DNA of 43,232 bases from an uncultured Verrucomicrobiales bacterium (GCA_938091905.1 CALKOM010000069.1:1-43232), one strand, 5' to 3'. Shown: positions 18,915 through 30,200, counted from the stretch's first letter. Translations and numbers: made by a program. The notes: generated from the sequence alone by a model not told the origin.

Positions 18915-20037
18915 GATTCTCGTACCAAGCCACATTCCGACTCCCCCGACCCGCGATAAGAAGATCCAGATCGCCATCGCCGTCAAGATCGGAGGCTCGA
19001 ATGTCGTAGGCCTCTTGATCTTTTGCCACAAGGTGATTGGTAAACGATCCTTTCCCATCATTCTCGAACCAGTAGGCCTCTTTAGATCCAAACGCACAGG
19101 TCGCGGCGTCCTGATCCCCGTCCCCATCGAAATCGAGAACAATGAGAGAATGCGGCTCCTGAATCGTGGCATGAATGTCATGCCTTTTCCATTCCGGAGC
19201 CTCAAACCAAACCACGCCCTTGCCATGGCCTAGAGATGCGATGAAGTCACACTTCCCATCGGCATTCACATCGGCTGGATGAATGTTCGTGGCTCCCACT
19301 TGATCTTTGGCGATAAGGTGTTTCTTCCACAACGCCTTGGGATCCGCAGGTGCTTCCCACCATGCAAAGTAGTTGCCGTCCAGCGCCGGCTTGCCCTTCG
19401 CACCGGTGGCACCATCGGGACGACCATCGCCATTCACATCACCTAAACCTAAGTAGTGTGTTAGCCCAGGTGCATCTTTATTCGCAAAAATGTTCACCTC
19501 CCACGACATTGCGTGCCTCGGATCCTTCGGGATCGGCAACCAAGCAAGTGACACCGGGTAATCCGTGCCAACCGGCTGAGCACTATTCGCCAGCAGATCC
19601 ACCTTGCCATCCATGTCCACGTCGCCCGCAAGAAGACCGTGAATGCCATTCAACTTCTCACTCACAAGGTGCTCTTTCCAGAGTCCAGTTGGTTCACCCC
19701 CAGGATTCTCTAACCAGAAGATTAAGCCCGGAGAATACCGAGCGCCAATGAAGTCGGGATCTCCATCACCATCCACGTCAAAGGCCTCACTATGAATGAG
19801 CCCGTGCTTCGGCGAATCGCTGATCACCGTCTCTTTCCAATCCGGTGCGACAAAGAGCCGCGTCTTCTTGTCGTTGTTGGCAATGATATCAATCTTCCCA
19901 TCACCCGTGTAATCGGCAGCCACCGCCGTATTCGTGTGGAAACCCTCATGGACGACGTGCTTCTTCCAGACGGCCTCCTGAGAGAAACCAGAGAGGGGGC
20001 CCAAGCAGGCAAGAAAGACAATAATTCGAAGAATCAT
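18904..20037 (-). CDS. Secreted FG-GAP/VCBS repeat beta-propeller protein
   Basis: Signal peptide and seven D-x-D/N/T-(G/A)-D-G repeats (DYTGDG, DVDGDG, DVDMDG, DVNGDG, DVNADG, DFDGDG, DLDGDG), several followed by W(L/F/Y)EN. Start uncertain. Confidence 0.88.
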   Translation of the reverse strand: MILRIIVFLACLGPLSGFSQEAVWKKHVVHEGFHTNTAVAADYTGDGKIDIIANNDKKTRLFVAPDWKETVISDSPKHGLIHSEAFDVDGDGDPDFIGARYSPGLIFWLENPGGEPTGLWKEHLVSEKLNGIHGLLAGDVDMDGKVDLLANSAQPVGTDYPVSLAWLPIPKDPRHAMSWEVNIFANKDAPGLTHYLGLGDVNGDGRPDGATGAKGKPALDGNYFAWWEAPADPKALWKKHLIAKDQVGATNIHPADVNADGKCDFIASLGHGKGVVWFEAPEWKRHDIHATIQEPHSLIVLDFDGDGDQDAATCAFGSKEAYWFENDGKGSFTNHLVAKDQEAYDIRASDLDGDGDLDLLIAGRGSRNVAWYENPKR

Positions 20038-20242
20038 GACACACATCCGAGCAGATCGCGCATCTCTGAGCAACCACATCCCGAAATCAGCCCTGCTTCT
20101 CGGGGAAAACCTTGAATTCCTACCGGTCTGTGGTCATCCTGACGCCCCTTTCAGAAATCTAATCTGGGCCCTGATTCATCTTGCCATCGGCCCTGAGACC
20201 GTCCACGCTTGAAAGTAACGTCCAGATTTCCCTCAATGACAA

Positions 20243-20968
20243 ATGATGCTTAGGACTACTACATTACTATTGGGTTACTTGGTCTCGACAACTGCCGCTG
20301 CGACCATCGGCTTGGATGCCGGAAACAATACCGGCTACACAACAGACGGGGGGGCAAATAACCACTTCATCTTCCTCAGTACGATTCCCTACAACGTCGG
20401 GCTCGATGAGACTGTAGATACGTGGCAGTTTACCAGATCCGACTTGCCAACAGTCCCCGATGGTGGGTCAGGCGTGGTACCTCTGATCTACACTGCCACA
20501 GAGGGAGAGTTTACAACCTTTGCAGTCGGGACAGAGCAAACAAGTGATGCCGCTCCTCACGCTTGGGGCGTCACCCTCAGTGCGGGCACAGACTACTATT
20601 TCGGATTTGCGCAAGAAGACAACGTGGTCGCTTTCTCGACCTCCGCTAATCCGGGAACTGCGATTCCCATGGATCACGCTTGGATCTTTGGGGATCCTTC
20701 CGCAGCGGATACCGCCGATAACACTGTCTTATCGGTTGGACTTGGATCTGGGGCCATTCCTGGTAATACCACTGGTGGGCAGCTTCCTTTCGGAACGAGT
20801 GTTTCTGGAGGGGCAGGTAACGATGATGCCTACACCTTCTTCAACTCAGGCACACTCGGAGCCAGTCGGCAATACAACATCCAGTTCAATACGACGCCGA
20901 TTCCAGAGCCCTCGGCTGCGCTACTCGGATTGCTCGGACTCGGCCTGATTTTCAGGCGCCGTCGCTAG
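20243..20968 (+). CDS. PEP-CTERM sorting domain surface protein
   Basis: Signal peptide and C-terminal IPEPSAALLGLLGLGLIFRRRR. Confidence 0.93.
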   Translation: MMLRTTTLLLGYLVSTTAAATIGLDAGNNTGYTTDGGANNHFIFLSTIPYNVGLDETVDTWQFTRSDLPTVPDGGSGVVPLIYTATEGEFTTFAVGTEQTSDAAPHAWGVTLSAGTDYYFGFAQEDNVVAFSTSANPGTAIPMDHAWIFGDPSAADTADNTVLSVGLGSGAIPGNTTGGQLPFGTSVSGGAGNDDAYTFFNSGTLGASRQYNIQFNTTPIPEPSAALLGLLGLGLIFRRRR

Positions 20969-20999
20969 CTTCTGCGTAGACCGCTCCATTCACTTTTGC

Positions 21000-21027
21000 C
21001 AAGAGCGGACCTCCGGGTCCGCTTTTG
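21000..21027 (+). terminator. Terminator-like hairpin after the PEP-CTERM gene
   Basis: CAAGAGCGGACC-TCCG-GGTCCGCTTTTG stem-loop about 30 nt after the stop codon, with a short U-tract. Confidence 0.65.
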
Positions 21028-21045
21028 TGCGTTTCATCACACGGG

Positions 21046-22557
21046 ATGTCGTCCTCACCTTCTCTGCCACCACACCCCTCTGAGGACGACTCTCTCGATC
21101 TCTCGGATTGGGAACCTGACGATCCCGTCCTCTCTGAGATTCCGGATGCGTCGGCCGATCTCCTCGAATCCCGCCGACGTTTCAAGCAGGCAGAGGTAAA
21201 GGAGCACGACGAAGTTCATCCGCCCCCAGAAGTAAGAATCGACACCGCCATGGAACGCGCGGCGTTTCAAACGGATCCCGACCGCTTCCTGAAATGCTTA
21301 GCCATCTTAGAAACCGTATTGAAGCTCCGTCAAAAACAGGGCGTCGAACATGGCCAGCCACCGACAACCGATGACCTCACTCGGCTAGCCATGTCGACCC
21401 TTCAGGCGCTGCCAATCGACTTGGAGGCCAATACGGATTTCCTCATCCAGTTCGTTTCCCGAACGATTGGCCAGGCCGAGCAAAGCACAGAACTACAGAA
21501 ACTTCAGACCGATCTTGAAACATCTAAACCCAACCAACTCACGGGCGTAGAGCTGAAAGAGATCGTAAGGGTCCATCTGCCAACCGAGGCCAACGAGGCA
21601 CTAGATACCGTTTCCGAAGCCTGGGGCAAGCAACCATTGGATCTCGGGTTGGGTACGATCAAGTTCGATGAGGGTCGTGCCGTGCTCGAAGACGTTCAAC
21701 AAATTCCGGGGATTGGAGCCGCCCTGATATCCAAGGATGGAAAGTTTCGCGCACGGTTCTACCTCACCTTTTGGTGGTCCTCGTTGGTCGTTTCGCTCAT
21801 CTTGCTTCTGCTAGTGCTGCTCAGTTTCATGCGCTGGGCTACACCCGAGCCTGAAATCGTAAACGAACCTTCGCTCGTCGATGAATCCCTCTACATGTCG
21901 CCAGATTTGAACGTGCTCGACATCGCACTAAAAGGGTATGTCGGCGCAGAGGATTGGCGCTCTCAACTCAGCTATGTTCGGCATCCGCAGATCATGGAAG
22001 CCAAAATGAACGAGCATTTCAAATCTCAACCTTTTCGGTGGGGGTATCGCTATCATCTTCTCAAAGCCAACCTGGAGATCATTGACGGCGTTCCGCAAGT
22101 AATCTGCTTGATCAAACTGGAACCCACGAAGGAGCAGCGCGCCCTCTTGGTGGAAATCACCCAATCCGGAAAGTATCTGGTCGACTGGGAATACGCAGAG
22201 ATTTGGCAAGAGGTTTCATGGGGCGACTTCGTACGTCGCGAAGACTCCACTCCAGCAGACCTGCTCGTCGTTCTAAAACCGGGCACGTACTACAACTTCG
22301 GCTATCACGACCGCAAAGTTTTCCAGTGCTGGGAGATTCTCGATCCATCGGAGGAGGGTCTATCGTTCTTCGGCTACACGAAACGCGGAAGCAATGCGGA
22401 CCAAGCTCTACGGCGACTCATGGAAGATCGCATTTTGAGGATGCGCAAAACCTTCTTCACGGTAGTCCTCAGGCTACGCCACGCCGAGGACTCAGAGGAC
22501 TCCCTCCAAGTCGAGATCATGGATGTCGTCGAGGAAAGCGCCCTCCGTCGGCACTAG
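21046..22557 (+). CDS. Hypothetical single-pass membrane protein
   Basis: Start refined to MSSSPS at 21046. Acidic cytoplasmic N-terminal half, one TM (WWSSLVVSLILLLLVLLSF), and a C-terminal domain with YVRHP, VDWE, YYNFGY and FFGY. Confidence 0.7.
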   Translation: MSSSPSLPPHPSEDDSLDLSDWEPDDPVLSEIPDASADLLESRRRFKQAEVKEHDEVHPPPEVRIDTAMERAAFQTDPDRFLKCLAILETVLKLRQKQGVEHGQPPTTDDLTRLAMSTLQALPIDLEANTDFLIQFVSRTIGQAEQSTELQKLQTDLETSKPNQLTGVELKEIVRVHLPTEANEALDTVSEAWGKQPLDLGLGTIKFDEGRAVLEDVQQIPGIGAALISKDGKFRARFYLTFWWSSLVVSLILLLLVLLSFMRWATPEPEIVNEPSLVDESLYMSPDLNVLDIALKGYVGAEDWRSQLSYVRHPQIMEAKMNEHFKSQPFRWGYRYHLLKANLEIIDGVPQVICLIKLEPTKEQRALLVEITQSGKYLVDWEYAEIWQEVSWGDFVRREDSTPADLLVVLKPGTYYNFGYHDRKVFQCWEILDPSEEGLSFFGYTKRGSNADQALRRLMEDRILRMRKTFFTVVLRLRHAEDSEDSLQVEIMDVVEESALRRH

Positions 22558-22563
22558 CTAGAG

Positions 22564-24156
22564 CTAGTAACGAGTCAGGATCGTGTCTCGCAATTCAGTC
22601 AACTTGTCCGGATGATCGAGCGTGTAGTGCAATCCGCGGCTCTCCTGACGCAAGCGAGCGGACTCGACGATGAGACCAGCGACGTCGACCAAGTTACGCA
22701 GTTCTAACAAATCACCAGTGATCTTGAAATTCCAATAGAACTCGTGGACCTCGCGTTTGAGATTTGCCAAACGCGTGGCGGCTCTTTGCAATCGCTTGTC
22801 CGTCCTCACAATACTCACATAATCCCACATTAAGCGGCGAATTTCGTCCCAATTGTGGTAAATGACCACAAGTTCGTCCACATCCTCGGCGTCACCGCGC
22901 TGCCACTTGGGCAAATCGATATCACTAACGGTACGATCCACCGGCATCTTTGCCTTTAGATACTCTGCGGCGCGATGCGCCAGCACAGCCCCCTCAAGGA
23001 GCGAGTTGCTAGCCAATCTATTGGCTCCATGGAGCCCCGTGCATGCGACTTCGCCAATCGCATAGAGACCTTTGAGCGACGTCATGCCATTGATGTCGGT
23101 ATTGACTCCACCACATTGATAGTGAGCCGCCGGCACCACGGGAATCGGTTCTTTCGAGGGATCGACACCATGATCCACACAGGTCTGGAAGATGTTCGGG
23201 AAGCGATCCTCAAGAAACGCTTTGCTGTGGTGACGCATATCGAGAAAGACGCAACGACTACCCGTCCGTTTCATCTCAGTATCGATCGCCCGCGCCACGA
23301 TGTCGCGCGGGGCAAGATCGTTCCGCTCGTCATACTTTGACATGAATGGCTCCCCATCGTCACCTAGCAAGACTCCTCCCTCCCCGCGAAGCGCTTCCGA
23401 GATAAGAAATGAGGTCTCCTTCGGATGATAAAGCACCGTAGGGTGGAACTGAATAAACTCCATGTTCTCCACCTCCACACCTGCACGCCATGCCATGGCC
23501 ACACCATCTCCCGTCGCAACGTCAGGGTTACTTGTATAGAGGTAAACTTTACCACTTCCACCAGTTGCCAGCACCACGCGGTCTGATCTGAAATTCACAA
23601 CCTCACCCTCTTTTTCATCCAACGCGTATATGCCCACACAACGATTCTCCGTCGCCAGGCCAAGCTTTGACGTCGTGATTAAGTCAATCGCGTAATGGTG
23701 CTCGAAGAGGGTGATCTTCGGCTCCGCCCTCGCTGCCGCTAACAGTTTCTTTTCAATCTCTCGTCCCGTCGTATCTCTAGAGTGAAGAATGCGTCGCACG
23801 GAATGCCCACCTTCCCTGCCAAGGCTGATCACTTGTTCCCCATCTACTTCGTGATGATCAAAGTCGACCCCGTAGTCGATCAGCTCCTGAATACGTTCGG
23901 GCCCTTCTGATACAATCGTTCGGACCACAGACTCGTCGCACAAACCCACACCCGCATCCAGTGTGTCGGCGACATGCAGATCAAAAGAGTCCTCTTCATC
24001 CGTCACACACGAGATACCTCCCTGTGCCCAGGCCGTATTCGAATCAATCCCCTGGCGCTTCGTCACCACCGCCACTGATCCCAGCTGTGCCACTTTCAGA
24101 GCAAACGAAAGCCCAGCGATGCCGCTGCCGATGACAAGGAAATCCGTGCGATGCAT
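22564..24156 (-). CDS. nadB: L-aspartate oxidase
   Basis: GSGIAG, WAQGGI, REGGHSVRRILH, QFHPT, LISEALRGEG, LAPRDIVARAI, GLHGANRLASNSLLE and ESRGLHY. Confidence 0.96.
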   Translation of the reverse strand: MHRTDFLVIGSGIAGLSFALKVAQLGSVAVVTKRQGIDSNTAWAQGGISCVTDEEDSFDLHVADTLDAGVGLCDESVVRTIVSEGPERIQELIDYGVDFDHHEVDGEQVISLGREGGHSVRRILHSRDTTGREIEKKLLAAARAEPKITLFEHHYAIDLITTSKLGLATENRCVGIYALDEKEGEVVNFRSDRVVLATGGSGKVYLYTSNPDVATGDGVAMAWRAGVEVENMEFIQFHPTVLYHPKETSFLISEALRGEGGVLLGDDGEPFMSKYDERNDLAPRDIVARAIDTEMKRTGSRCVFLDMRHHSKAFLEDRFPNIFQTCVDHGVDPSKEPIPVVPAAHYQCGGVNTDINGMTSLKGLYAIGEVACTGLHGANRLASNSLLEGAVLAHRAAEYLKAKMPVDRTVSDIDLPKWQRGDAEDVDELVVIYHNWDEIRRLMWDYVSIVRTDKRLQRAATRLANLKREVHEFYWNFKITGDLLELRNLVDVAGLIVESARLRQESRGLHYTLDHPDKLTELRDTILTRY

Positions 24157-24164
24157 CCCTATGC

Positions 24165-25049
24165 CTAACCTGTCTGCGCCTTCGGGCCAAACTCAATGTT
24201 ATCAATCAGACGAGCTTTACTGAAGAACATCGCCGTCGCCATGACGACGGGCTTCTCGATCACTCCATGCACCGAATGGAGGGTCTCCCCATCCACGAGC
24301 TCTAAATAGTCAATCTCCCCGCTAGAAATCTGCTCCAATCGCGACCGAACCAGCCGTATGAGTAACCCAGGTGCGATGTCAGGCAGCTTCTCCCAGCGCG
24401 CCCTTCCCGCTTGAAGTGCCTCTTGAATTCCTGGAGCATCTCGGCGCTCCGCGTCAGTCAGATTTGCATTGCGAGAGCTCATGGCAAGGCCGTCCTCCTC
24501 GCGCACCGTCTCTCCACCCACAATCTCGACGGGCACATTCAGATCCCTAACCAGCCGTCGAATCACTGCCAACTGTTGGTAGTCTTTCTTGCCAAAAACC
24601 GCATGAGTTGGGTGCACGATATTGAAGAGTTTCAACACCACCAGGCAGACTCCCGGGAAATGACCTGATCTGCTAGCACCGCACAATCCCATCGACAACC
24701 CGGTCTCACGAACATCGAAAGAATGATCTGGTGCATACATATCTGCAGACCCAGGTGCAAAGATCAGATCTGCCCCACAATCTTGACACACTTCAGAATC
24801 TCTATCCAGAGAGCGCGGATACCGATCAAGGTCTTCGTTAGGACCGAATTGGGTAGGATTGACAAAGATACTCACCACCACCGTCCCCTCGTCACCGGCC
24901 AGTTCTCGTGCCTGCCGAATGAGCTGTGCATGCCCCTCGTGGAGCGCTCCCATGGTCGGAACGAGAACGACGTTCCTGGGCTTCTCCTGACGACGGGCGC
25001 TGAGATGCATACGTGTTTCAGAAACTTTACTCAGAACAGTGATAGGCAT
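24165..25049 (-). CDS. panC: Pantoate--beta-alanine ligase
   Basis: VPTMGALHEGH, SIFVNPTQF, FGKKDYQQ, REEDGLAMSSRN and RLIDN. Start refined to 25049. Confidence 0.96.
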   Translation of the reverse strand: MPITVLSKVSETRMHLSARRQEKPRNVVLVPTMGALHEGHAQLIRQARELAGDEGTVVVSIFVNPTQFGPNEDLDRYPRSLDRDSEVCQDCGADLIFAPGSADMYAPDHSFDVRETGLSMGLCGASRSGHFPGVCLVVLKLFNIVHPTHAVFGKKDYQQLAVIRRLVRDLNVPVEIVGGETVREEDGLAMSSRNANLTDAERRDAPGIQEALQAGRARWEKLPDIAPGLLIRLVRSRLEQISSGEIDYLELVDGETLHSVHGVIEKPVVMATAMFFSKARLIDNIEFGPKAQTG

Positions 25050-25065
25050 GATGAATAGATGCCCG

Positions 25066-26280
25066 TCACGATAGCGTGTTCGACTCATTCTCAACCAGAT
25101 TCGGCACCACACAGCGGAAACCCTCGGCCTTCAACCTTTCCAGGAGCCTGCGCGCCAAGGGAAGGTTGTGAGCGTGCCCCTCGTGTAGCAGAATGATGTC
25201 GCCAGAATTCAAATCCGAGCAGATACGATTCAACGCCGAGTCTACGTCAGCGGAAACACCATCATAGCCACGGGCAGACCAGCCAACGCTCTGCAGAGAA
25301 AGGGCCTCAAGGACAGGAAAGAGCATCGGGCTTTTGAATCCGACAGGGCTTCGAAAGCACTTCGGGACGCTACCCGTAAGTCGCGTTAGAATGTCTTGCG
25401 TCTTCTGAATCTCACGGTGAATCAAGGGGCCAGGAAAAGCCCAGAACATCCCTGCCGGATGGGAGAATGTGTGGTTACCGAGCTGGTGTCCTCGAGCATC
25501 GATCGCAACCACCTGCTCGGGATTCGTCTCAGCACGTTTGCCGATGACGAAGAAAGTCGCCTTGGCGTTGAACTCATCTAACAAATCCAACATGGCAAGG
25601 GTATCATTGCTCGGCCCATCATCAATCGTCAACCAGACCTCTTTCTCTTTCGTTCGAAACGAGCGGACTAAAGGGCCGAAAACTTCAGCCTGAGAGTGAA
25701 ACGCGCCATAGAAGAGAATCGCGTGCATACTAAAAAGCACCGGTAAACCCCATCGCCAATCTTGAGGTAGCGCAAGACAGAGCACGATCGCCAATGCCTG
25801 AGCGAGTAGGAACAGTAGCACGCCGGTCCAACTAGGTTCCGATGGCCAGAGAACGAGCTGCGTAGTGAGGAGAAGCATGAGCGGCCAGGCCAACCACTGC
25901 GTCACGGTAAACGGCTCTTTGATCGCTATCCAAGCAAGCACACCAAGAAAGAACCACTGCAAACGCTGCGGCCACCCATAGGCTTGCCTACATTGCGTCG
26001 GCAGGCGGCTTCCCACTAGCGCTCCAATGAGAGAAGAAACATGAATGACGACAAAGCTAAGAGGAACACCCAACCAAAGTGAGCCGACCGCTTCGACCAC
26101 CCAACACATTTGGAAGAGGCACGCAGCGACGGCCAAGCCATACACCTCAAGCTGATTCTGCCCCGGCACCGTTGCCGCTTGGCAATGATCCACACCTGCT
26201 GTTGGGGGCAATCCTTTCCGCCCGGGCAGAAAGGCTCTCAAAAGCCCAAGATAGCTGCGCTCTCGCGTGCAGGTCCTCAT
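25066..26280 (-). CDS. Polysaccharide deacetylase (NodB/CE4) with N-terminal multi-TM domain
   Basis: LTIDDGP, ATFFVIG, GNHTFSH, FRSPVG and IILLHE motifs after about 6 hydrophobic segments. Start placed at the ATGA overlap (26280). Confidence 0.85.
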   Translation of the reverse strand: MRTCTRERSYLGLLRAFLPGRKGLPPTAGVDHCQAATVPGQNQLEVYGLAVAACLFQMCWVVEAVGSLWLGVPLSFVVIHVSSLIGALVGSRLPTQCRQAYGWPQRLQWFFLGVLAWIAIKEPFTVTQWLAWPLMLLLTTQLVLWPSEPSWTGVLLFLLAQALAIVLCLALPQDWRWGLPVLFSMHAILFYGAFHSQAEVFGPLVRSFRTKEKEVWLTIDDGPSNDTLAMLDLLDEFNAKATFFVIGKRAETNPEQVVAIDARGHQLGNHTFSHPAGMFWAFPGPLIHREIQKTQDILTRLTGSVPKCFRSPVGFKSPMLFPVLEALSLQSVGWSARGYDGVSADVDSALNRICSDLNSGDIILLHEGHAHNLPLARRLLERLKAEGFRCVVPNLVENESNTLS

Positions 26281-27200
26281 GATCTGGACTCTGGCCTTAG
26301 ATTCTGCTCCACCACAAGCCACTGACTCCAGTGCCGTTTCACAATCTCGCGGAGATGGTTGACCCACACCTTAGCAGCTCGCTTCAGATCAGCTTGCTTG
26401 TCACGTCCGGTTCGCTCGCAATGAAACGCACAACCAAATTCCACTCGATAGCGGCAGCGCCCCAGTCGAATCATAAACAGCGGGTAGATTGGACAACCTG
26501 TTGTCAATGATAGGATAAATGGCCCCTGGGGAACGTCGATGGTATGTTGGTCATCCCATTCCATCCTCATCGGAGCGACATCGAAGAGTATGCGATCCGC
26601 CTGAATTGCAACCGCTTCTTGACGTTGCAAGGCCTGGGCAAGGGTGATTGCCAGCATGTTTCCCGGTTCATTGTAGACGATCCGATAATGCTCGTCCTGC
26701 TGAGCTTTCAGCTCAGCGTTGCGCACGGCCTGCAACTCGGGATTTCTCTCGGGAGCTCGAACGGCGTGCATGATGCGATCGAATCGCTGCGCGAAGACAG
26801 ACCCCGCAAGATCGTAGTTACCCATGTGGGCGGTAATCAGAATGACACCGCTCTCACACTGCTTCATTTGCTCAAAAGCCTCTATCCCATCGATCTCCCA
26901 CTCGATAATGCCAGGCTCTTCCCGCGCTCGCACTCCATCCACAGCCACGGCTGCAAAGTTCCAAAACACGCGGTAGACTTTCCACGCTAACTCTATCCGT
27001 GACCCGTTTGGAAAGAGAACCCTGATGTTAGCAGCAATGCCCTCGCGAAAAGACTTCGCCCCAACGAAGAAGAGACCTGCATAAAACGTGACCAGGATTG
27101 GCTCCACTGTCCAGGGACAATGACGCACCCCCCAATTCAGGTAGCGAATCCAGAAATCACCGTAGGCACCAAAGCCAGCTGAGGAGTCCTCGTCGGCCAC
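26277..27200 (-). CDS. LpxL/LpxP-like lysophospholipid acyltransferase family protein
   Basis: ITAHMGNYD (HxxxxD), AIQADR, and PQGPFILSLTTGCPIYP. Confidence 0.85.
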   Translation of the reverse strand: MADEDSSAGFGAYGDFWIRYLNWGVRHCPWTVEPILVTFYAGLFFVGAKSFREGIAANIRVLFPNGSRIELAWKVYRVFWNFAAVAVDGVRAREEPGIIEWEIDGIEAFEQMKQCESGVILITAHMGNYDLAGSVFAQRFDRIMHAVRAPERNPELQAVRNAELKAQQDEHYRIVYNEPGNMLAITLAQALQRQEAVAIQADRILFDVAPMRMEWDDQHTIDVPQGPFILSLTTGCPIYPLFMIRLGRCRYRVEFGCAFHCERTGRDKQADLKRAAKVWVNHLREIVKRHWSQWLVVEQNLRPESRS

Positions 27201-27204
27201 AAGA

Positions 27205-30200
27205 TCACTTCAAAATCATCTTACCGTACATCGTGCGCCAATGGCCAGGAAAGGTGCATATGTAAAGGTAGTCCCCCTTAGTTTCAGGAGCTTTGATCTT
27301 AAGCGTCTCACTCTTGCCTTCTTGGAGAAGCTTGGTCGACTTCAACACCTTCGGTGAGTCTGGGATAAAGTGCTTACTCATGCCATCGGGCTGCAACGCC
27401 ATCTTATCGGCAAGAGCACCTACTTCCTCAAGAGCACCTGGGTGGGCTAACAAAAGATTGTGCGGCAACGTGTCACTGTTCTCAAAAATGATCTCAATCT
27501 CTTTCCCTGCTTCTACCGTAAACTCTGTCTTATCAAACTTCAGCTGATGCTTGACCGTACCGATGCGGATCACAGGCACTCGCAGCTTGGCAATCTGCTC
27601 GCTAATGTCAGTCCTTTTCTTGAAACGCTTACTCATTTCCTGCACCAACTGAATCGCATCAAGAAACGGCGCTTTGTTGCGATCCCCGACGGGGATACCT
27701 TCGGCTACGGTGAGGATCTTCCTTGCAACATCTGGTAGTTTTCCTTGGTGCCAGTAATAACTGTGCATACGATGAAGGGCCTTGATCACGGCATGAGTAG
27801 ACGTGTCCGACTCGAGCAATCTAACGAGCTTAGCGAAGACCTCTTCACCATGCCCGGTGAAACTAGTCGATGCCCCGATGGCCGCTTCGCGAAGGGCGAC
27901 ATCCTGTGAATCCAGAAACGAAAAAACGTTCTCGTAGATCTTGCCCAGCGCCTCCTCTGAGTCCATCGCAGAGACCGCACCTAACAAATCCGACAATCGC
28001 TTAGAATCGTCCCCCGCAATGACCACAGCTTCGTCCATGAAACGACTGTTCATCAGCGTGGCATAAGCCATCTGCCGCCCTGAAGCTGTCTTACCCCCTT
28101 TCGCTAGCCCCTCCAATGCAGGACGCTGATTGAGCAAGAGTCCGCCGTCGAGGTTGAACAGCATCTTACCGATATCAACAATGAGCGCCCCATTTGCCTT
28201 AGCAGCATCCAAGCCCTTTAAAATCCGAACAAGCTCCGTTGCCACGTCCGTTTTGTTTGAGCGCGCTAGGGCGGCCACCGCAGACTCGCGTTCGGCCAAG
28301 ACCATGCCAGGGCGTTTGAGAATCGCTTCGTGAATGGGCTCATATCGCGGATTCGTCGCATCACGATTAAGCGCAAGAAGCTCGTCCACCTTGAGACGAC
28401 CCAACTGATAGTCGACCATCTTTCCACCCTTGTCCAAAAGCACGCTTGCTTGCATCGAACCATCTGCCAGCTCAACAGTAAGATGCTTATCAAGGACCCG
28501 CATGGTTTCATTGAGAAGGTAGTCCAGGTAATCATCCATCGGGTGATCCAGCACATCAAGGGCGAGACTCGCCGCCGCCTTGCTATCCAGGTAACTCACA
28601 GCTCGAAGTGCCTCCGCTCGAACGCGGGGATGACTATCTCCTATCCGCGGATGCAAAAGGTCAAGCGGACGACGCAAACCGTCACGCCAGAAACTGATCA
28701 CTCGAGTAGCCGCAGCACGCGCCCGCGGGTCCTTTGCATTGAGAATTTTTTCTAACAAACCACGATTTACCGAATGATGGTGCTGATGCACCCAAAGAGC
28801 CTCGAGCAAGTGATGCTCGTAGTCTGGATCGTTCGCATCTAAACGCCCCACCCAAGCGCCAAGAGCCTTCACCACTTCCTTCTTCGGATATAGACGCAAT
28901 TCCATCCGCGCATGATGTCGCGTGCGAATGATAGGATCCTTAAGCACCTCCAACAGATTAACGATTGATTCACCGGCGATGCGCGGTGGCGTTGCAAGAG
29001 GTCGCGCAGGATACGTCACCCGCCAAATGCGCCCGTGGGTCTTATCGCGATTGGGGTCACGAACGTTGTGCTGCATGTGTCCAACCAACGCATTGTGCCA
29101 GTCGACAATATAGAGTGCCCCGTCAGGACCAAACTCAAAATCGACCGGGCGGAAATTACCATCAGCTGACTGGAGAATGGGCTCAACCTCTTCGCCCCGA
29201 AAACCCGAGCCATCATCGTAAACTTTGTGCTGAAGCACTCCGAGGAAACCAATGCAGTTGTTCAAGAGCAAATTCCCTTGGACATTCTGCGGGAAATGGT
29301 GGCTAGAAACGACCTCAATGCCCGAGGTCGGTCGCACGCGCTTCTTGATGAATTGTTTGAGCTGGGCACGCGTGGTGAATTTAAAGGGACCGAAATCCTC
29401 TTGCCCTTCGTAAGGCACCGCCCGGCTAGAGAACGCCGTCCCCCAATAGTTGGCACCACCAGAAGCATCAGCGACAAAGTTCTGTCCCCATTCGTCAAAG
29501 CAATGTCCCCAAGGATTGGCGAAGTTGTAGCTAACAAACGTCTCAAGCTGCTTCCGAGTTGGATCGAAGCGGTAGATGGCTCCATGGGCATTGCGCACAG
29601 GGCCCCATGGGGTTTCAACTGAGGTATGGTGAAAGGTTCCTTCATGGAGGTAGAGGCCACCACCAGGCCCCCAAGTGAAGGTGCTGATCGAGTGATGGGA
29701 ATCCCCAGAGTCGAACCCGTGCAGAATGCGCTTCCGATAGTCCGCCTTTCCGTCTCCATCCGTGTCTTTGAGAAACATCACGTCCGGTTGCTGAGCCACA
29801 TAAACGCCACCATCGCCCACCTCAAAGCCGGTCGGCACGTGAAGATCATCTGCGAAGAGAGTCGATTTGTCCGCCTTTCCATCGCCGTCGGTGTCTTCTA
29901 AAACAACAATCTTGTCAGTCATGGGTTCGCCCGGCCGATACCCCTGATACATCGGCATACAGCACACCCAGAGCTTACCAGCACTATCAAAAGCCATCTG
30001 CACACAGTTTGCGATCTCTGGAAACTCGACCTCGGAGGCAAAGACATTCGCAACATAGCCACGGCCCAGCGTCAGTTTCTTTAACGTTTCCTCAGGCTTT
30101 AGATACGCCACACTCCCTTCCTTGCCGTCGTTAGACCCTGACCCGAAGTTCGACTTCACCTCAATGAACGGAGACACATTGCTATCGTCAATTTCCTCTG

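Noticed and set aside
18904..20037. Repeated CCATC/GTC motifs as a possible DNA repeat or CRISPR array
   Set aside because: Explained by FG-GAP protein repeats; there is no constant repeat-spacer structure.
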